Shown here one piece after another: positions 37,912 through 48,281 of a stretch of 59,466 nt of DNA. This DNA comes from Spirochaetota bacterium. Lineage in GTDB: Bacteria; Spirochaetota; UBA4802; UBA5368. Position numbers and translations under genes: made by a program. Numbering within the stretch: the stretch's first letter is position 1; every line of letters starts with the position of its first letter. Where the stretch lies: positions 1 to 59,466 of the forward strand of contig JALOTJ010000015.1 of assembly GCA_025457965.1 (NCBI GenBank), given 5' to 3'. The notes beneath the pieces were generated by a model. That model did no database searches. It was not told the origin of the DNA and saw nothing but the letters and a program-made list of their open reading frames with translations.

Positions 37912-38562
37912 ATGGGCAACAGCGAAGAATTGACCGACAACCTGAATGCGGAAGCGCCGGCCGAGACCGGGCCGGGAGATGCTATAGCCGAGCAAACGGA
38001 CGAAGACCGGGATACGGCACCGCAGGAGGAACTTGACCTCGCCGGCCTGTTCGAGGCGTTGCTGTTCCTTTCGAACGAGCCGCTGCCGCTCTCCTTTTTC
38101 GTGAAAAACCTGGGTGTTGACGCCCAACAGGCGAAGATAATACTGGACTCGCTCGTGGACGAGTATGAGGAGCGGGACGGTGGAATAAAGCTTTTTGAAA
38201 TTTCGAACGGCTATCATTTCATGACCAGCAGGCGCTACTCCACGCAGATACGACGCATCATGGGCTATGCCCGGCGCGAAGGGCTTTCGAAGGGAATGCT
38301 CGAAACGCTTTCCATCATCGCGTACAAGCAGCCGATCGTGCTTGCCGAGATCGAGGAACTCCGCGGCGTTTCGTCCCGCATGATGGTTGCGAACCTCATG
38401 AAAAAAAACCTCATCAAGCCCGTCGGGAGAAAGGAGCTGCCCGGGCGACCGCTGTGCTACGGCACCACCGACGAGTTCCTGCGATATTTCGGCCTCAATC
38501 GGCTGTCCGACCTCCCGAAGCTTTCCGAGATTAAGGAGTTTTCCTTCGAGAACGAGGAATAG
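37912..38562 (+). CDS. scpB: segregation and condensation protein B
   Basis: EALLFLSNEPL..., LSKGMLETLSIIAYKQPIVLAEIEELRGV, GRPLCYGTTDEFLRYFGL. Confidence 0.88.
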   Translation: MGNSEELTDNLNAEAPAETGPGDAIAEQTDEDRDTAPQEELDLAGLFEALLFLSNEPLPLSFFVKNLGVDAQQAKIILDSLVDEYEERDGGIKLFEISNGYHFMTSRRYSTQIRRIMGYARREGLSKGMLETLSIIAYKQPIVLAEIEELRGVSSRMMVANLMKKNLIKPVGRKELPGRPLCYGTTDEFLRYFGLNRLSDLPKLSEIKEFSFENEE

Positions 38563-38563
38563 C

Positions 38564-39613
38564 GTGATGGACAAGCGTATAGTGGAACTGGATAAAAGGA
38601 TCGTTGAACTTCTCGCCGAGCGCTGCAAAATCCAGATCGAGGAACTGAAGAGCCTCCCGCCCGGGGAGGACCTCTTCTCCGCGGCGCGGGCGAAAGAGCT
38701 CACCTCCTTCCTCGAGTCGCTCGACACGGGCCCGCTGTCGCGTGATCTTGTTAAAAAAATTTTTAGTGACCTCTCGGCCTTCTCGGTGAGCGCCGTCAAG
38801 CCCCCGGCGGTTGCCTACCTGGGTCCCGAGGGCACCTTTACCCATTCGGCCATGCTGGAGGTCTTCGGCGTTTCGGCGGCGGGCATTCCCGTAAAAAGCA
38901 TACACGATGTTTTCGTCGAGGTGGAAACGGGTCGCGCGGATTACGGCGTGGTGCCGGTAGAGAACAGCACCGAGGGCGCGGTGACTTACACGCTCGACGA
39001 GCTGATGGAAACCGAGCTGAAAATCACCGCGGAGAAATATCTTCGCGTGTCATACAGCCTGGTGTCGGTCTCGAAGGATATTAAAAGCATTAAAAAGCTC
39101 TATTCGCATCCGCAGTCGTTCGGCCAGTGCAAGGAATGGCTCAGGAAGAACCTGCCCGACGCCGAAATGCATAACGTGAGTTCGACATCGCTCGCCGCGG
39201 AAACGGCGTCATGGGACAAGTTCGCGGCGGCCGTTACATCGCACGCCTCGGCGGAGATTTACGGGCTCAACGTTCTTGCCACGAACATCGAAGACTCGCG
39301 CCAGAACTACACCCGATTTTTCGTCATCGGCGAGCACGACAATCCCCCCTCGGGCAGGGACAAAACATCGATTATCTGTGCCGTGCGCGACAAGCCGGGC
39401 GCGCTCTACGATCTCCTGAGGCCCTTCAACGAAACGGGAATCAATATGACCAAGATCGAATCGCGCCCCGACAAGAAAAAGATGTGGGAGTACAATTTTT
39501 TCATTGACTTCATCGGTCACAGGGATAGTACGATCGCACTGAGCGCGGTCGAGAAGATGAAAGAAGACCTCATTTTTCTGAAAGTCCTCGGCTCTTATCC
39601 GGCGGAGAAGTAG
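38564..39613 (+). CDS. pheA: bifunctional chorismate mutase / prephenate dehydratase (P-protein) with ACT domain
   Basis: Short N-terminal CM helix region, then PDT (VAYLGPEGTFTH, VPVENSTEGAV, HPQSFGQC), then ACT (TSIICAVRDKPGALYDLL...ESRP). Confidence 0.88.
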   Translation: MMDKRIVELDKRIVELLAERCKIQIEELKSLPPGEDLFSAARAKELTSFLESLDTGPLSRDLVKKIFSDLSAFSVSAVKPPAVAYLGPEGTFTHSAMLEVFGVSAAGIPVKSIHDVFVEVETGRADYGVVPVENSTEGAVTYTLDELMETELKITAEKYLRVSYSLVSVSKDIKSIKKLYSHPQSFGQCKEWLRKNLPDAEMHNVSSTSLAAETASWDKFAAAVTSHASAEIYGLNVLATNIEDSRQNYTRFFVIGEHDNPPSGRDKTSIICAVRDKPGALYDLLRPFNETGINMTKIESRPDKKKMWEYNFFIDFIGHRDSTIALSAVEKMKEDLIFLKVLGSYPAEK

Positions 39614-39661
39614 AGACGTTTTCCCTGCGCATTCATCACCCCTCGGCAACTGGAGTGCATC

Positions 39662-40678
39662 ATGCTTATAGTACTTAAACCCAATGTCAGTAAGGAAGAA
39701 ATCGATCATATCGTAGACAAGATACGATCGCTCAAACTGGAGCCGCACGTATCCACCGGCGTTCAGCGTACCATTATTACCGTCATCGGCGACGAGGACA
39801 TAATCCGTGAACAGCCGCTCGAGGCGATCGCCGGTGTGGAGTCGGTAAAGACCATCCTGAAGCCGTTCAAACTGGTATCGAGTGAGACACAGCCGGACCG
39901 AAGCGTCATCCGCGTGAACGGCATCGAAATAGGCGGGAAAAACATAGTGATCATCGCCGGTCCCTGCTCGGTGGAGGGAGAGCGCGAGGTTGTAGAGCAT
40001 GCGCAGATGGTGAAGGAATCGGGAGGACACATTTTCCGGGCGGGGGCATTCAAGCCGCGCACCTCTCCCTATTCCTTCCAGGGATTCGGCGTCCAGGGGC
40101 TCAAGTTTCTGGCGAAGGCCAAGGCCGAGACGGGCCTGCCCATCGTTACCGAGGTGATGGACCCGCGCGATGTGGGCGTGGTTGCCGAGCACGTCGACAT
40201 TCTGCAGATAGGGACCAGGAACATGCAGAATTTCAACCTGCTCAAAGAGGTCGGCAGGATCGACAAGCCGGTGCTGTTGAAGCGGGGCATGAGCGCCACG
40301 GTGAATGAATTTTTAATGTCGGCGGAGTATATTCTCTCGCAGGGGAACAGGAAGGTTGTGCTCTGTCCCCGCGGCATTCGCACCTTCGAGGATATAACAC
40401 GCAACACGCTCGACGCCGGGGTGGTGCCGGTAATCAAGGGGCTCAGCCATCTGCCGGTGCTCTGCGACCCGAGCCACGCAATGGGTCTTAAAGACTATGT
40501 GCCCGCGGCCGCGTACGCGTTTATTGCGGCGGGCGCCGACGGGGTCATGGTCGAGGCACATCCCCGCCCCGAAGACGCGCATTCCGACGGCCAGCAGACC
40601 ATCGACGCAAAGACCCTCGTCGCGATGATTGACAGGATCCGCAAAATCGCGCGGGCGCTGGACAGGGACCTGCCCTGA
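39662..40678 (+). CDS. aroF: 3-deoxy-7-phosphoheptulonate (DAHP) synthase, type I-beta with an N-terminal ferredoxin-like regulatory domain
   Basis: MLIVLKPNVSKEEIDHIV... regulatory domain, then IIAGPCSVE, FRAGAFKPRTSPYSFQG, LLKRG, DPSH. Confidence 0.88.
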   Translation: MLIVLKPNVSKEEIDHIVDKIRSLKLEPHVSTGVQRTIITVIGDEDIIREQPLEAIAGVESVKTILKPFKLVSSETQPDRSVIRVNGIEIGGKNIVIIAGPCSVEGEREVVEHAQMVKESGGHIFRAGAFKPRTSPYSFQGFGVQGLKFLAKAKAETGLPIVTEVMDPRDVGVVAEHVDILQIGTRNMQNFNLLKEVGRIDKPVLLKRGMSATVNEFLMSAEYILSQGNRKVVLCPRGIRTFEDITRNTLDAGVVPVIKGLSHLPVLCDPSHAMGLKDYVPAAAYAFIAAGADGVMVEAHPRPEDAHSDGQQTIDAKTLVAMIDRIRKIARALDRDLP

Positions 40679-41532
40679 TGTTCCGTCGCGTGGCGGTGCT
40701 GGGTCTTGGCCTCCTTGGCGGTTCTCTATGCCGGGCCCTTAAGGAGACCGATTCATCCGTGGACATAACCGCGTTCGCGCGCGATGTCGCGCGACTTTCT
40801 TCCGCACTCGCGGACGGGACGATCGGCCGCGCGCTTCCCCTGGATGAGCTTTCTCCCGCGGGGATGGATCTCGTGGTAATCGCATCCCCCGTGCTTTCAT
40901 CAATCGATTCGCTTAAAAGGCTCCTTGACCATCCGGACCTCGGCGACTGCGTTGTCATCGACGTCGGCAGTGTCAAGGGACCGCTTGTCGGGCTCGCGGC
41001 CGCGCATGCGCACGGCGGCCGATTTGTGGGCTGTCATCCCATGGCCGGGTCGGAACAATCAGGCTACGAACACTCGAGCGGGTCGCTGTACCGCGGGGCC
41101 TCGGTCATCATCACGCCCCATGAAAAAAACGGCGAAACGATCATCGCGGCCGTGGAGCGTTTCTGGGAATCGGTCGGTTCGCGCACCGTGCGCTGCGACG
41201 CACAGGCCCACGACAGACTGGTCGCACTGACGAGTCATGTACCGCACCTGGTCGCCTGCGCCGTCGCCGATCTCGTCGCGGACGCCTCCACCGGTACCGA
41301 TGCTGCGCCCTTTATCGGCAGCGGTTTCCGTGACCTCACGCGTATCGCCATGGGCTCACCGGACATGTGGACGGATATTGCTGCGGCGAATGGCGGGAAC
41401 ATTGTCGGCGGGATCGATGAACTGATTGGAAAACTGGAATATATCCGACGTTTTATCACGGAAGAGGGGCATGATGTGGACGGTCGGCGCTTCCTCGAGC
41501 GCGCGAGGGCTTTCAGGAGGAGCATCGGGTAA
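40678..41532 (+). CDS. tyrA: prephenate dehydrogenase
   Basis: VAVLGLGLLGGSL (NAD site), DVGSVK, HPMAGSE. The start overlaps the aroF stop (TGATG). Confidence 0.85.
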   Translation: MFRRVAVLGLGLLGGSLCRALKETDSSVDITAFARDVARLSSALADGTIGRALPLDELSPAGMDLVVIASPVLSSIDSLKRLLDHPDLGDCVVIDVGSVKGPLVGLAAAHAHGGRFVGCHPMAGSEQSGYEHSSGSLYRGASVIITPHEKNGETIIAAVERFWESVGSRTVRCDAQAHDRLVALTSHVPHLVACAVADLVADASTGTDAAPFIGSGFRDLTRIAMGSPDMWTDIAAANGGNIVGGIDELIGKLEYIRRFITEEGHDVDGRRFLERARAFRRSIG

Positions 41533-42239
41533 TGGGCGGGAAGCGGATCGTGGTGGCGGTGGATGGGCCCGCCGGTTCGGGCAAAAGCAGCGTCTCGCGC
41601 GAGGCTGCCCGGCGGCTGGGGCTTCGCTACATCGATTCGGGCGCCATTTACCGTGCGGTGACACACTTCCTGCTGGGCCGTTTCGGAAGCCTCGAAAAGG
41701 GCAGGAGTTATGCCGCCTTTCTGGACGGCCTGGAGATCGCCCAGCGTTTTGATCCCGAGGGGCGCGTGCACACCTCGGTTAACGGAGATGACGTCTCGAG
41801 CGCGATACGGGACGAACTGATCGCGCGGAACATCGGGACCGTTTCCGACGATCCGGGGATCAGGAATTTTGTGAACGGCCTTTTGCGATCGTGGAGCGGA
41901 CGCGAATCGCTCATCATGGACGGGCGGGATATCGGGACCGTTGTGTTCCCGGACGCCGCGGTGAAAATATTCCTTGACGCTTCGGCCGAGGTGCGGTCAT
42001 TGAGGCGGGTCGCCGAGTACCGGGAAATGGGAAAAACTGTTGACGTAAACGAGATTAGAAACCAGATTATCCGCAGGGATCAGGAAGACACCGAGAGGCC
42101 CTTCGGACGCCTTGCAAAGGCGGAAGGCTCTTTCTATATCGATACCTCTTCGATGGATAAAGAAGAGGTCATCAAGCGGATAATTGAGTTAATAGCGGAG
42201 GCTGGCGCTCCGGGACTGATGGACGGCCGGCAGGGATGA
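41532..42239 (+). CDS. cmk: cytidylate kinase
   Basis: VAVDGPAGSGKSSVSREAARRLGLRYIDSGAIYRAV. It sits in the conserved cmk-rpsA order. Confidence 0.92.
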   Translation: MGGKRIVVAVDGPAGSGKSSVSREAARRLGLRYIDSGAIYRAVTHFLLGRFGSLEKGRSYAAFLDGLEIAQRFDPEGRVHTSVNGDDVSSAIRDELIARNIGTVSDDPGIRNFVNGLLRSWSGRESLIMDGRDIGTVVFPDAAVKIFLDASAEVRSLRRVAEYREMGKTVDVNEIRNQIIRRDQEDTERPFGRLAKAEGSFYIDTSSMDKEEVIKRIIELIAEAGAPGLMDGRQG

Positions 42240-42364
42240 GACCGCGAATGCAGCAGCGACTCACGACGCCCCGAAACAGTTGACCGCAGGCAGGTATAAT
42301 TCCCGTACTACAGTGTTTTTACTTGAATAGACCGGTTTTCAATCTTGTGTTCAGGGTGCAGTGT

Positions 42365-44035
42365 ATGGAGAACGTGAACGAAAAAATAGACGACGGCTTT
42401 ACGATGGAAAGTATCGCAAACAGCGCTATGGATGAGCTGCAGCCGAACAAGCTGATGCAGGGCGAGGTGGTGACCATCGACAGCGAATTCGTCTATGTCA
42501 ATGTGGGGACCAAGTCCGACGGCCGGGTGCGGATTCAGGAGTTCGCCGAGCCGCCCGCGGTCGGCGATACGATCGACATCGTGCTCGCGGAACGACGCCT
42601 GGTCGACGGGATGTATATGTTTTCCAATACCGCGGCCGTCAGGGAAAAGGGCTGGCGCAGGCTGCAGGATCTCAGAAATTCTGGTCAGGAATACCTGACC
42701 GGCGCGATAGCGGCGGTCGGCGAGAAGGGGCTTACGGTTGATTGCGACGGCATCAGCGCCTTCCTTCCCTTTTCGCAGGCTGCGGACCTCCGCTCGAAAA
42801 AGACAGCGGCTCCCGGGGAGATGTACACCTTCAAGATCAAGAGCATCGATCCAAAGAAGCGTTCCGTGCTTGTGTCCCGGCGGGAATATCTCGATGAGAC
42901 CAGGGAGAAGTTCTGGGCGGGCATAGTTGACAAGTACAATGTCGGCGACAGGATAACGGGCAAGGTAACCCGTTTTGTCGAGTTCGGGGCGTTTGTTGAC
43001 ATCGGCGGGGTGGAGGGGCTGCTCCATAAAAACGACATTTCGTGGAAGCGCGTATACAAGAAAAAGAATATCCTGCATGTCGGCGAGGAGCGGGAGTTCG
43101 TTATTCTCGATATCAAAAAGGATGAAGGTAAAATTTCGCTGGGCCTCAGGCAGCTCGTCGATGACCCGTGGGTCTCGATAGGCGAAAAGTATAAAACGGG
43201 CGACACGGTGGAAGGTCGGGTGGTGACGCTGACGGGCCAGGGAGTGTTTGTGGAGATCGAAGACGGGGTGGAGGGTTTCCTCAGCGCTTCGGAGGTTTCC
43301 TGGACGCGGAAAACCGTGCTTATAAAGGATACATTTAAAAAGGGACAGGCCGTAACGGTAAGCATACTCGGGATCGACGGCGGGGAGCGCAGACTGGTGC
43401 TGGGCATGAAACAGCTCGCGAACAATCCGTGGGACGCCATCGACGAGCGCTTTCCGGTCGGTACGACGCTGAAGGCCCCGGTACGCAAGGTCGTTAGTTT
43501 CGGCATCTTTGTTGAAATCGAAGAGGGCATAGACGGGCTGGTCCATCTTTCGGACATGAGCTGGGAAGACAACGTTAAAGACCCCGCGCAGCTCTTCAAG
43601 GCGGGCGACGAGGTCGAGGTGAAGATACTCGAAATTAAGAAAAAGGAGATGAGGATCTCCTGCGGCATCAAACAGCTCACCCGTTCTCCCTGGCAGGCGG
43701 TCAAGGAGAAGTTTCCGCCGCGCAGCAAGGTCTCGGGCGTGGTTTCGGGGGTCGTGCCCTTCGGGCTTTTCGTACGGTTGAGCGAAGACCTGGAGGGGCT
43801 GGTTCATATCTCCGAGGTTTCGCGCAGGAAGATCGAAAACCTTGAAGAGAAATTTAAAGTGGGCGACCAGGTCAGCGCCGTGGTGCTGGGGGTCGATGTG
43901 GATAAAAAACGGCTCTCGCTCAGCATGAAGCACTTCGAGGTTATGAGCGAGAAAGAGGAGCTCGGCAAGATCCTCAACAACTCCGCCCCGGCAAGGATCA
44001 CGATCGGCGATATGATCAGGATGAAACAGGGATAA
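42365..44035 (+). CDS. rpsA: 30S ribosomal protein S1 (six S1 domains)
   Basis: Repeated S1 motifs (G.V...V.FGAFVDIGGVEGLLH etc.). Start set to the ATG at 42365; the listed ORF starts at a TTG at 42323. Confidence 0.9.
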   Translation: MENVNEKIDDGFTMESIANSAMDELQPNKLMQGEVVTIDSEFVYVNVGTKSDGRVRIQEFAEPPAVGDTIDIVLAERRLVDGMYMFSNTAAVREKGWRRLQDLRNSGQEYLTGAIAAVGEKGLTVDCDGISAFLPFSQAADLRSKKTAAPGEMYTFKIKSIDPKKRSVLVSRREYLDETREKFWAGIVDKYNVGDRITGKVTRFVEFGAFVDIGGVEGLLHKNDISWKRVYKKKNILHVGEEREFVILDIKKDEGKISLGLRQLVDDPWVSIGEKYKTGDTVEGRVVTLTGQGVFVEIEDGVEGFLSASEVSWTRKTVLIKDTFKKGQAVTVSILGIDGGERRLVLGMKQLANNPWDAIDERFPVGTTLKAPVRKVVSFGIFVEIEEGIDGLVHLSDMSWEDNVKDPAQLFKAGDEVEVKILEIKKKEMRISCGIKQLTRSPWQAVKEKFPPRSKVSGVVSGVVPFGLFVRLSEDLEGLVHISEVSRRKIENLEEKFKVGDQVSAVVLGVDVDKKRLSLSMKHFEVMSEKEELGKILNNSAPARITIGDMIRMKQG

Positions 44036-44046
44036 AGCGAAGCCAT

Positions 44047-44751
44047 ATGGAGACCAGGGACATAGAGATACGCAGAAACGTCGTCGAGCGGGCCCTTATG
44101 GCCGCGAAGGAGTACGCGAAGGAGCACCTGCGGCTGGTGGTGTACTGCGCAATCGGTCTGCTCGCCACGGTACTGCTCTTTTCGGCGGGTTACCTGTATT
44201 ATGAAAACCGCGAGGCGGACGAGCTGGCGCGCTTCGAGAAAATACTGGACGACTACCGAAACCTGCAGTTCGCGGGCGAGGCGGAGCGAACGGCCGCACT
44301 CGAAAAAACAGCCTCCGAAATCATTGCCGCGTCGGACTCATCATACTGGGGCTACGTTCGTCGAAACGGCTATTATGTGGCCGCGGGCCTCTATTATGAC
44401 GCGCGAATGTACGAGAAGGCTCTGGCGTCATACCTTGCATTCGCCGATCGGTCTCCGCGCTCATTTTTTGCGCCGCTCGGCCTTCAGCAGGCCGCTCGCT
44501 CGTACGAGGCGACGGGCCGGAACAGGGAAGCCATAGCGGTATACGAGCGTCTCGTGAAGGATTACGCCGACAGCGCGGTTGCCGACCAGATTCTGTACGA
44601 CGCGGGAAGGCTGTACCAGATGGAAGGCGATCTTTTCAAGTCGAGGGAAAGCTTCAACCGGCTGATGACGCTGTTCCCGAAGTCCCCGTTCGCCCGTAAG
44701 GCGCGGGAGCGGCTGATGCTCCTCGGCCTCATTGAAGTGAAGAAGGGCTGA
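44047..44751 (+). CDS. membrane-anchored TPR-repeat protein (YfgM/YbgF-like)
   Basis: N-terminal TM helix (LVVYCAIGLLATVLLFSAGYLYY) followed by TPR-like repeats. Confidence 0.5.
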   Translation: METRDIEIRRNVVERALMAAKEYAKEHLRLVVYCAIGLLATVLLFSAGYLYYENREADELARFEKILDDYRNLQFAGEAERTAALEKTASEIIAASDSSYWGYVRRNGYYVAAGLYYDARMYEKALASYLAFADRSPRSFFAPLGLQQAARSYEATGRNREAIAVYERLVKDYADSAVADQILYDAGRLYQMEGDLFKSRESFNRLMTLFPKSPFARKARERLMLLGLIEVKKG

Positions 44752-44924
44752 TCCCGCCGCTCGGCGGCGGGCATAACGGTGTAAATTTGCCCACTTCCCC
44801 GGATTTTGGTGTTGACATTACCGGGCGGCGATTGTAAAGACGACTAACTTTCCGACTGTGATATCCCTCCAGGAGAGCGCTGGTGGCGTCGGTTTTTTAT
44901 AATAATGTACTATGGAGTTGAACC

Positions 44925-45125
44925 GTGGCTGTTCCAAAGAGAAGAAAATCCAAGTCTAAAACACGCATGAGGAGATCGCACGATGCGATCGGCGTTCCTA
45001 ATTTGAGGCCGTGCCCGCGTTGCGGTGCCTATGTCGCCCCTCACAGGGTATGTCCCGAGTGCGGTCACTACAAGGACACCCTGGTCGTCGAGCCGAGAGT
45101 GAAAGTTAAGGATAAAAAGAAATAA
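44925..45125 (+). CDS. rpmF: 50S ribosomal protein L32
   Basis: GTG start. [19 protein letters not shown]...CPRCG...CPECG. Confidence 0.92.
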   Translation: MAVPKRRKSKSKTRMRRSHDAIGVPNLRPCPRCGAYVAPHRVCPECGHYKDTLVVEPRVKVKDKKK

Positions 45126-45367
45126 CGCCCCCGCATTCGGGTGTGCCGGTATGGTTTTCTGATCGGTAGCGATCCGCGGGAAATGCCGATGGCCGTCGCC
45201 TGGAGATTATGGCTTGACAGACATCGTTCGGTGTCTATAATTGCTGACAATCCGCCGGCGTGCGGGGCCGGGTAGTTCCGCGGCTGTCTGGGTTTCAATC
45301 ATGTTCTCTCTGGCCTTGTTCGTGAAGATTCTCGAACGAGGGAGGGTCTGATTCAGGAGGGGCTGTT

Positions 45368-45604
45368 ATGGCGGTTGATTTCGAAAAGGTGCGCAAAATC
45401 ATCGTTGATCAGCTTGGCGTTGACGAGTCAGAGGTGACCGATGACGCGTCGTTCGTCGATGATCTCGGAGCGGATTCGCTTGATACCGTCGAGCTGGTGA
45501 TGGCCCTTGAAGAGGAGTTCGGCATAGAAATTCCGGACGAGGACGCGGAGAAGATCATTACGGTCGGCGACGCGGTAAAATATATCGATTCCAAGCTCAA
45601 GTAG
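45368..45604 (+). CDS. acpP: acyl carrier protein
   Basis: [26 protein letters not shown], with SD CAGGAGG. Confidence 0.93.
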   Translation: MAVDFEKVRKIIVDQLGVDESEVTDDASFVDDLGADSLDTVELVMALEEEFGIEIPDEDAEKIITVGDAVKYIDSKLK

Positions 45605-45639
45605 CCCGGGAAAATCCAGGCAGGCTCAACTGGTCGCGC

Positions 45640-46386
45640 ATGATCGAGGATGATAAACACACCGACAGCAAAAAGAAAAACCGCCTGCGTCAGATCAACA
45701 AGCTCCAGAGCATTCTAAAAATAAAATTCCGAAACAAAAGCCTGTTGAACCGGGCGCTTACCCACCGTTCGTATCTTAACGAAGCGGGACCCGGTGCGAG
45801 GGACAACGAGCGCCTCGAGTACCTGGGGGATTCCGTACTCGCACTGGTCGTCAATGAGTATCTCTTCAAGCGATTCGAAAAATATCCCGAGGGTGACCTG
45901 GCAAAGATCAAGTCCGCCGTGGTTTCCGAGGCGACGCTATTCAAGGTGTCGCGCGATTTAAACCTGGGAAGCTTCCTTCTAATGGGCAGGGGTGAGGAAA
46001 CCAGCGGCGGGCGGACCAGGCCTTCGATCCTTGCCAACTCGCTCGAGGCGGTCATCGGGGCGCTGTATCTCGATTCGGGAATGAAGGACTGCAAGAAGCT
46101 GGTGCTGTCGCTTCTTAAAAACGACATCGAACGCATCGACAGCATGGAGACCTATCGCGATCCCAAAACGACACTCCAGGAATACGTGCAGAAAAAATAC
46201 CGCGAGCGGCCGCAATACGAAATAATCGACGAGAGCGGCCCCGACCACCTGAAACAATTTACCGTCCGCCTCATTGTCGCCGGAAAAGGTATTACCGAGG
46301 GGACCGGCGCGAGTAAACGCGGCGCGGAGATGGAAGCCGCCCGAAAGGCCCTCGATATGATACAGGGAGGCGGGCGCGCGTTTTGA
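45640..46386 (+). CDS. rnc: ribonuclease III
   Basis: LTHRSY, ERLEYLGDSVL, and a C-terminal dsRBD (DPKTTLQEYVQK...). Confidence 0.92.
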   Translation: MIEDDKHTDSKKKNRLRQINKLQSILKIKFRNKSLLNRALTHRSYLNEAGPGARDNERLEYLGDSVLALVVNEYLFKRFEKYPEGDLAKIKSAVVSEATLFKVSRDLNLGSFLLMGRGEETSGGRTRPSILANSLEAVIGALYLDSGMKDCKKLVLSLLKNDIERIDSMETYRDPKTTLQEYVQKKYRERPQYEIIDESGPDHLKQFTVRLIVAGKGITEGTGASKRGAEMEAARKALDMIQGGGRAF

Positions 46387-46841
46387 TAGTACGAAAACTT
46401 AAAAACACCCGCGTAAGAGTCGCCGGCGTGCTCCTCGAGGAAGGGAGGCTGCTCCTTATCGCGCATAAAAAGAAAAAGGACGTGTACTGGCTTCTGCCCG
46501 GGGGCGGTGTCGATTACGGCGAATCCCTCGCCGAGGCGCTGAAACGCGAACTGCGCGAGGAGCTCTCGATCGAGGCCTCGGTGCACGACATCGTCTTCGT
46601 CTGCGACTCTATCGGTCCCGGCCTCGAGCGCCACATCGTAAACATCTGTTTTTACTGCACGCGTGAAACCGGCGACCTCTCGCTCGGGAAAGAAAGGCGC
46701 CTGCACGATTTCAACTTCTTCGACGCCGCGGGCCTTGACGAGGTAATCATTTTCCCTCCCATGCGTGATGAACTTAAAAGCGTGCTTGGCGGCGGAGGCG
46801 ACGGCCGCACCTATATCGGGAAACGATGGATGGAGCTGTAA
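46383..46841 (+). CDS. NUDIX hydrolase
   Basis: Nudix box GGGVDYGESLAEALKRELREELSI. The TTG start overlaps the rnc stop. Confidence 0.8.
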   Translation: MIVRKLKNTRVRVAGVLLEEGRLLLIAHKKKKDVYWLLPGGGVDYGESLAEALKRELREELSIEASVHDIVFVCDSIGPGLERHIVNICFYCTRETGDLSLGKERRLHDFNFFDAAGLDEVIIFPPMRDELKSVLGGGGDGRTYIGKRWMEL

Positions 46842-47923
46842 AAAGGGTCCCGGTCAAAACACCGGGCGGCGCGTACGACGTAGTGGTGGGCACGGGGACG
46901 CTTCCGCTCATCGCGGAAAAGCGTGACATGCTGGAGCGCGACACCTTCGCCCTTGTCGTCAATGAGACAGTGCTGGGTCTGCACGGTGATTTTATCCGCC
47001 GCTGTTTCGGAGGTTTCCGGAATTTTCAGTCGTACGTCATGCCCGACGGGGAGGAGCATAAGAGCTACCGGCACGCGGAACAGGCCTTTGACTGGCTGCT
47101 CGAAAGCGGGATCTCCCGGCGTTCGACCATTGTCGCCATCGGCGGCGGGGTCACGGGCGATTTCGCCGGGTATCTGGCGGCGCTTTACATGCGCGGGGTC
47201 TCAATCATCCACGTGCCCACGACGCTGCTCGCGATGGTCGACTCGAGCGTGGGGGGAAAGGTGGCGGTGAACCTCTCGGCGGGGAAAAATATCGTCGGCG
47301 CCTTTCACCAGCCAGAGATCGTGCTCGCGGACGTGGATTTTCTGCGTACGCTTCCGGACAATGAACTTCGAAACGGGCTTGCCGAGGCGGTCAAACACGC
47401 CTTTATCGGCGAGGAAAGCCTCTACGCGCTTTTCGATGCGAATGATTACGACTCGATTAAAAGCCCGGAAATACTCGCCGAGGTCGTATACCTTTCGGCG
47501 CGCTTCAAGTCGTCGATCGTTGAGCGTGACGAGCGCGAGGGCGGCGTGCGCGCCATACTTAATTTCGGACACACGGTGGGACACGCGATTGAATCGCTGC
47601 TGGAATACCGGGGCATTTCGCATGGAGAGGCGGTCTCGCTGGGCATGGCGGCCGAGCTCGAGCTGTCGGTGCGCGCGGGCCTTCTGGACGGCGCGCACGC
47701 GGGGCGGTGCGTGCGGCTTCTCGAGCGCTACGGTCTGTGCACGAGGCGCGAGGGACTGGATGCCGACGGGCTTATGCGTCATATGAAATTCGACAAGAAG
47801 ACGTCGGGCGGCACGGCGCACTTCGCACTGCTTTCCGGCACCGGTGAGCCGGTGTACGACCGGGCAGTGCCGGACGATCTAGTGCGCGGCGTTCTTATCG
47901 ACGTGTTCGCGGCGGGGGGGTAA
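46826..47923 (+). CDS. aroB: 3-dehydroquinate synthase
   Basis: GGGVTGDFAGYLAALYMRGV, PTTLLAMVDSSVGGKVAVN, NFGHTVGHAIE. Confidence 0.9.
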   Translation: MDGAVKRVPVKTPGGAYDVVVGTGTLPLIAEKRDMLERDTFALVVNETVLGLHGDFIRRCFGGFRNFQSYVMPDGEEHKSYRHAEQAFDWLLESGISRRSTIVAIGGGVTGDFAGYLAALYMRGVSIIHVPTTLLAMVDSSVGGKVAVNLSAGKNIVGAFHQPEIVLADVDFLRTLPDNELRNGLAEAVKHAFIGEESLYALFDANDYDSIKSPEILAEVVYLSARFKSSIVERDEREGGVRAILNFGHTVGHAIESLLEYRGISHGEAVSLGMAAELELSVRAGLLDGAHAGRCVRLLERYGLCTRREGLDADGLMRHMKFDKKTSGGTAHFALLSGTGEPVYDRAVPDDLVRGVLIDVFAAGG

Positions 47924-47925
47924 CC

Positions 47926-48276
47926 ATGGGATCCGGGCTGGAATATTCCTTGGAGGATCGCGACGCGGCGAGGGTGGTACACCTGACCGGAAGCGTCACC
48001 GGCGTGAACAGGGCGGCATTTGAGTCTCTGATAGAAGAAATCACCATGAAGGGAAACTGCATCATTAACCTGAGCGCCGTTTCGATGCTGAGCACCTCGG
48101 GAATCACCGCACTCGGCGACGTGAGCCTGAACGCGCGGAAGAAGGGCAAGCGAGTGGTCCTGATGGGAATGCATCCCGCGATCATACGGACCTTGGAGCA
48201 GTTGGATATGTACGATTACTTCATCTTCGTCGACAGTGTAGAAGAAGGCCTGCTGAAGATCCGCTATTACACCTGA
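47926..48276 (+). CDS. STAS-domain protein (anti-sigma-factor antagonist family)
   Basis: 116 aa with ...INLSAVSMLSTSGITALG...RVVLMGMHPAIIRTLEQLDM... Confidence 0.75.
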   Translation: MGSGLEYSLEDRDAARVVHLTGSVTGVNRAAFESLIEEITMKGNCIINLSAVSMLSTSGITALGDVSLNARKKGKRVVLMGMHPAIIRTLEQLDMYDYFIFVDSVEEGLLKIRYYT

Positions 48277-48281
48277 GCCGC

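Noticed and set aside
42308-43933. Very long antisense ORFs. Examples: 541 aa opposite rpsA; 595 aa at 55091..56878 opposite gltX; 410 aa at 34430..35662 opposite cheA; 420 aa at 25574..26836; 341 aa at 20765..21790; 348 aa at 37753..38799; 327 aa at 39209..40192
   Set aside because: Each lies opposite a gene with unambiguous family motifs. Their translations are Arg/Pro/Gly/His-rich and low in complexity. Stop-poor antisense frames are expected in high-GC coding DNA.
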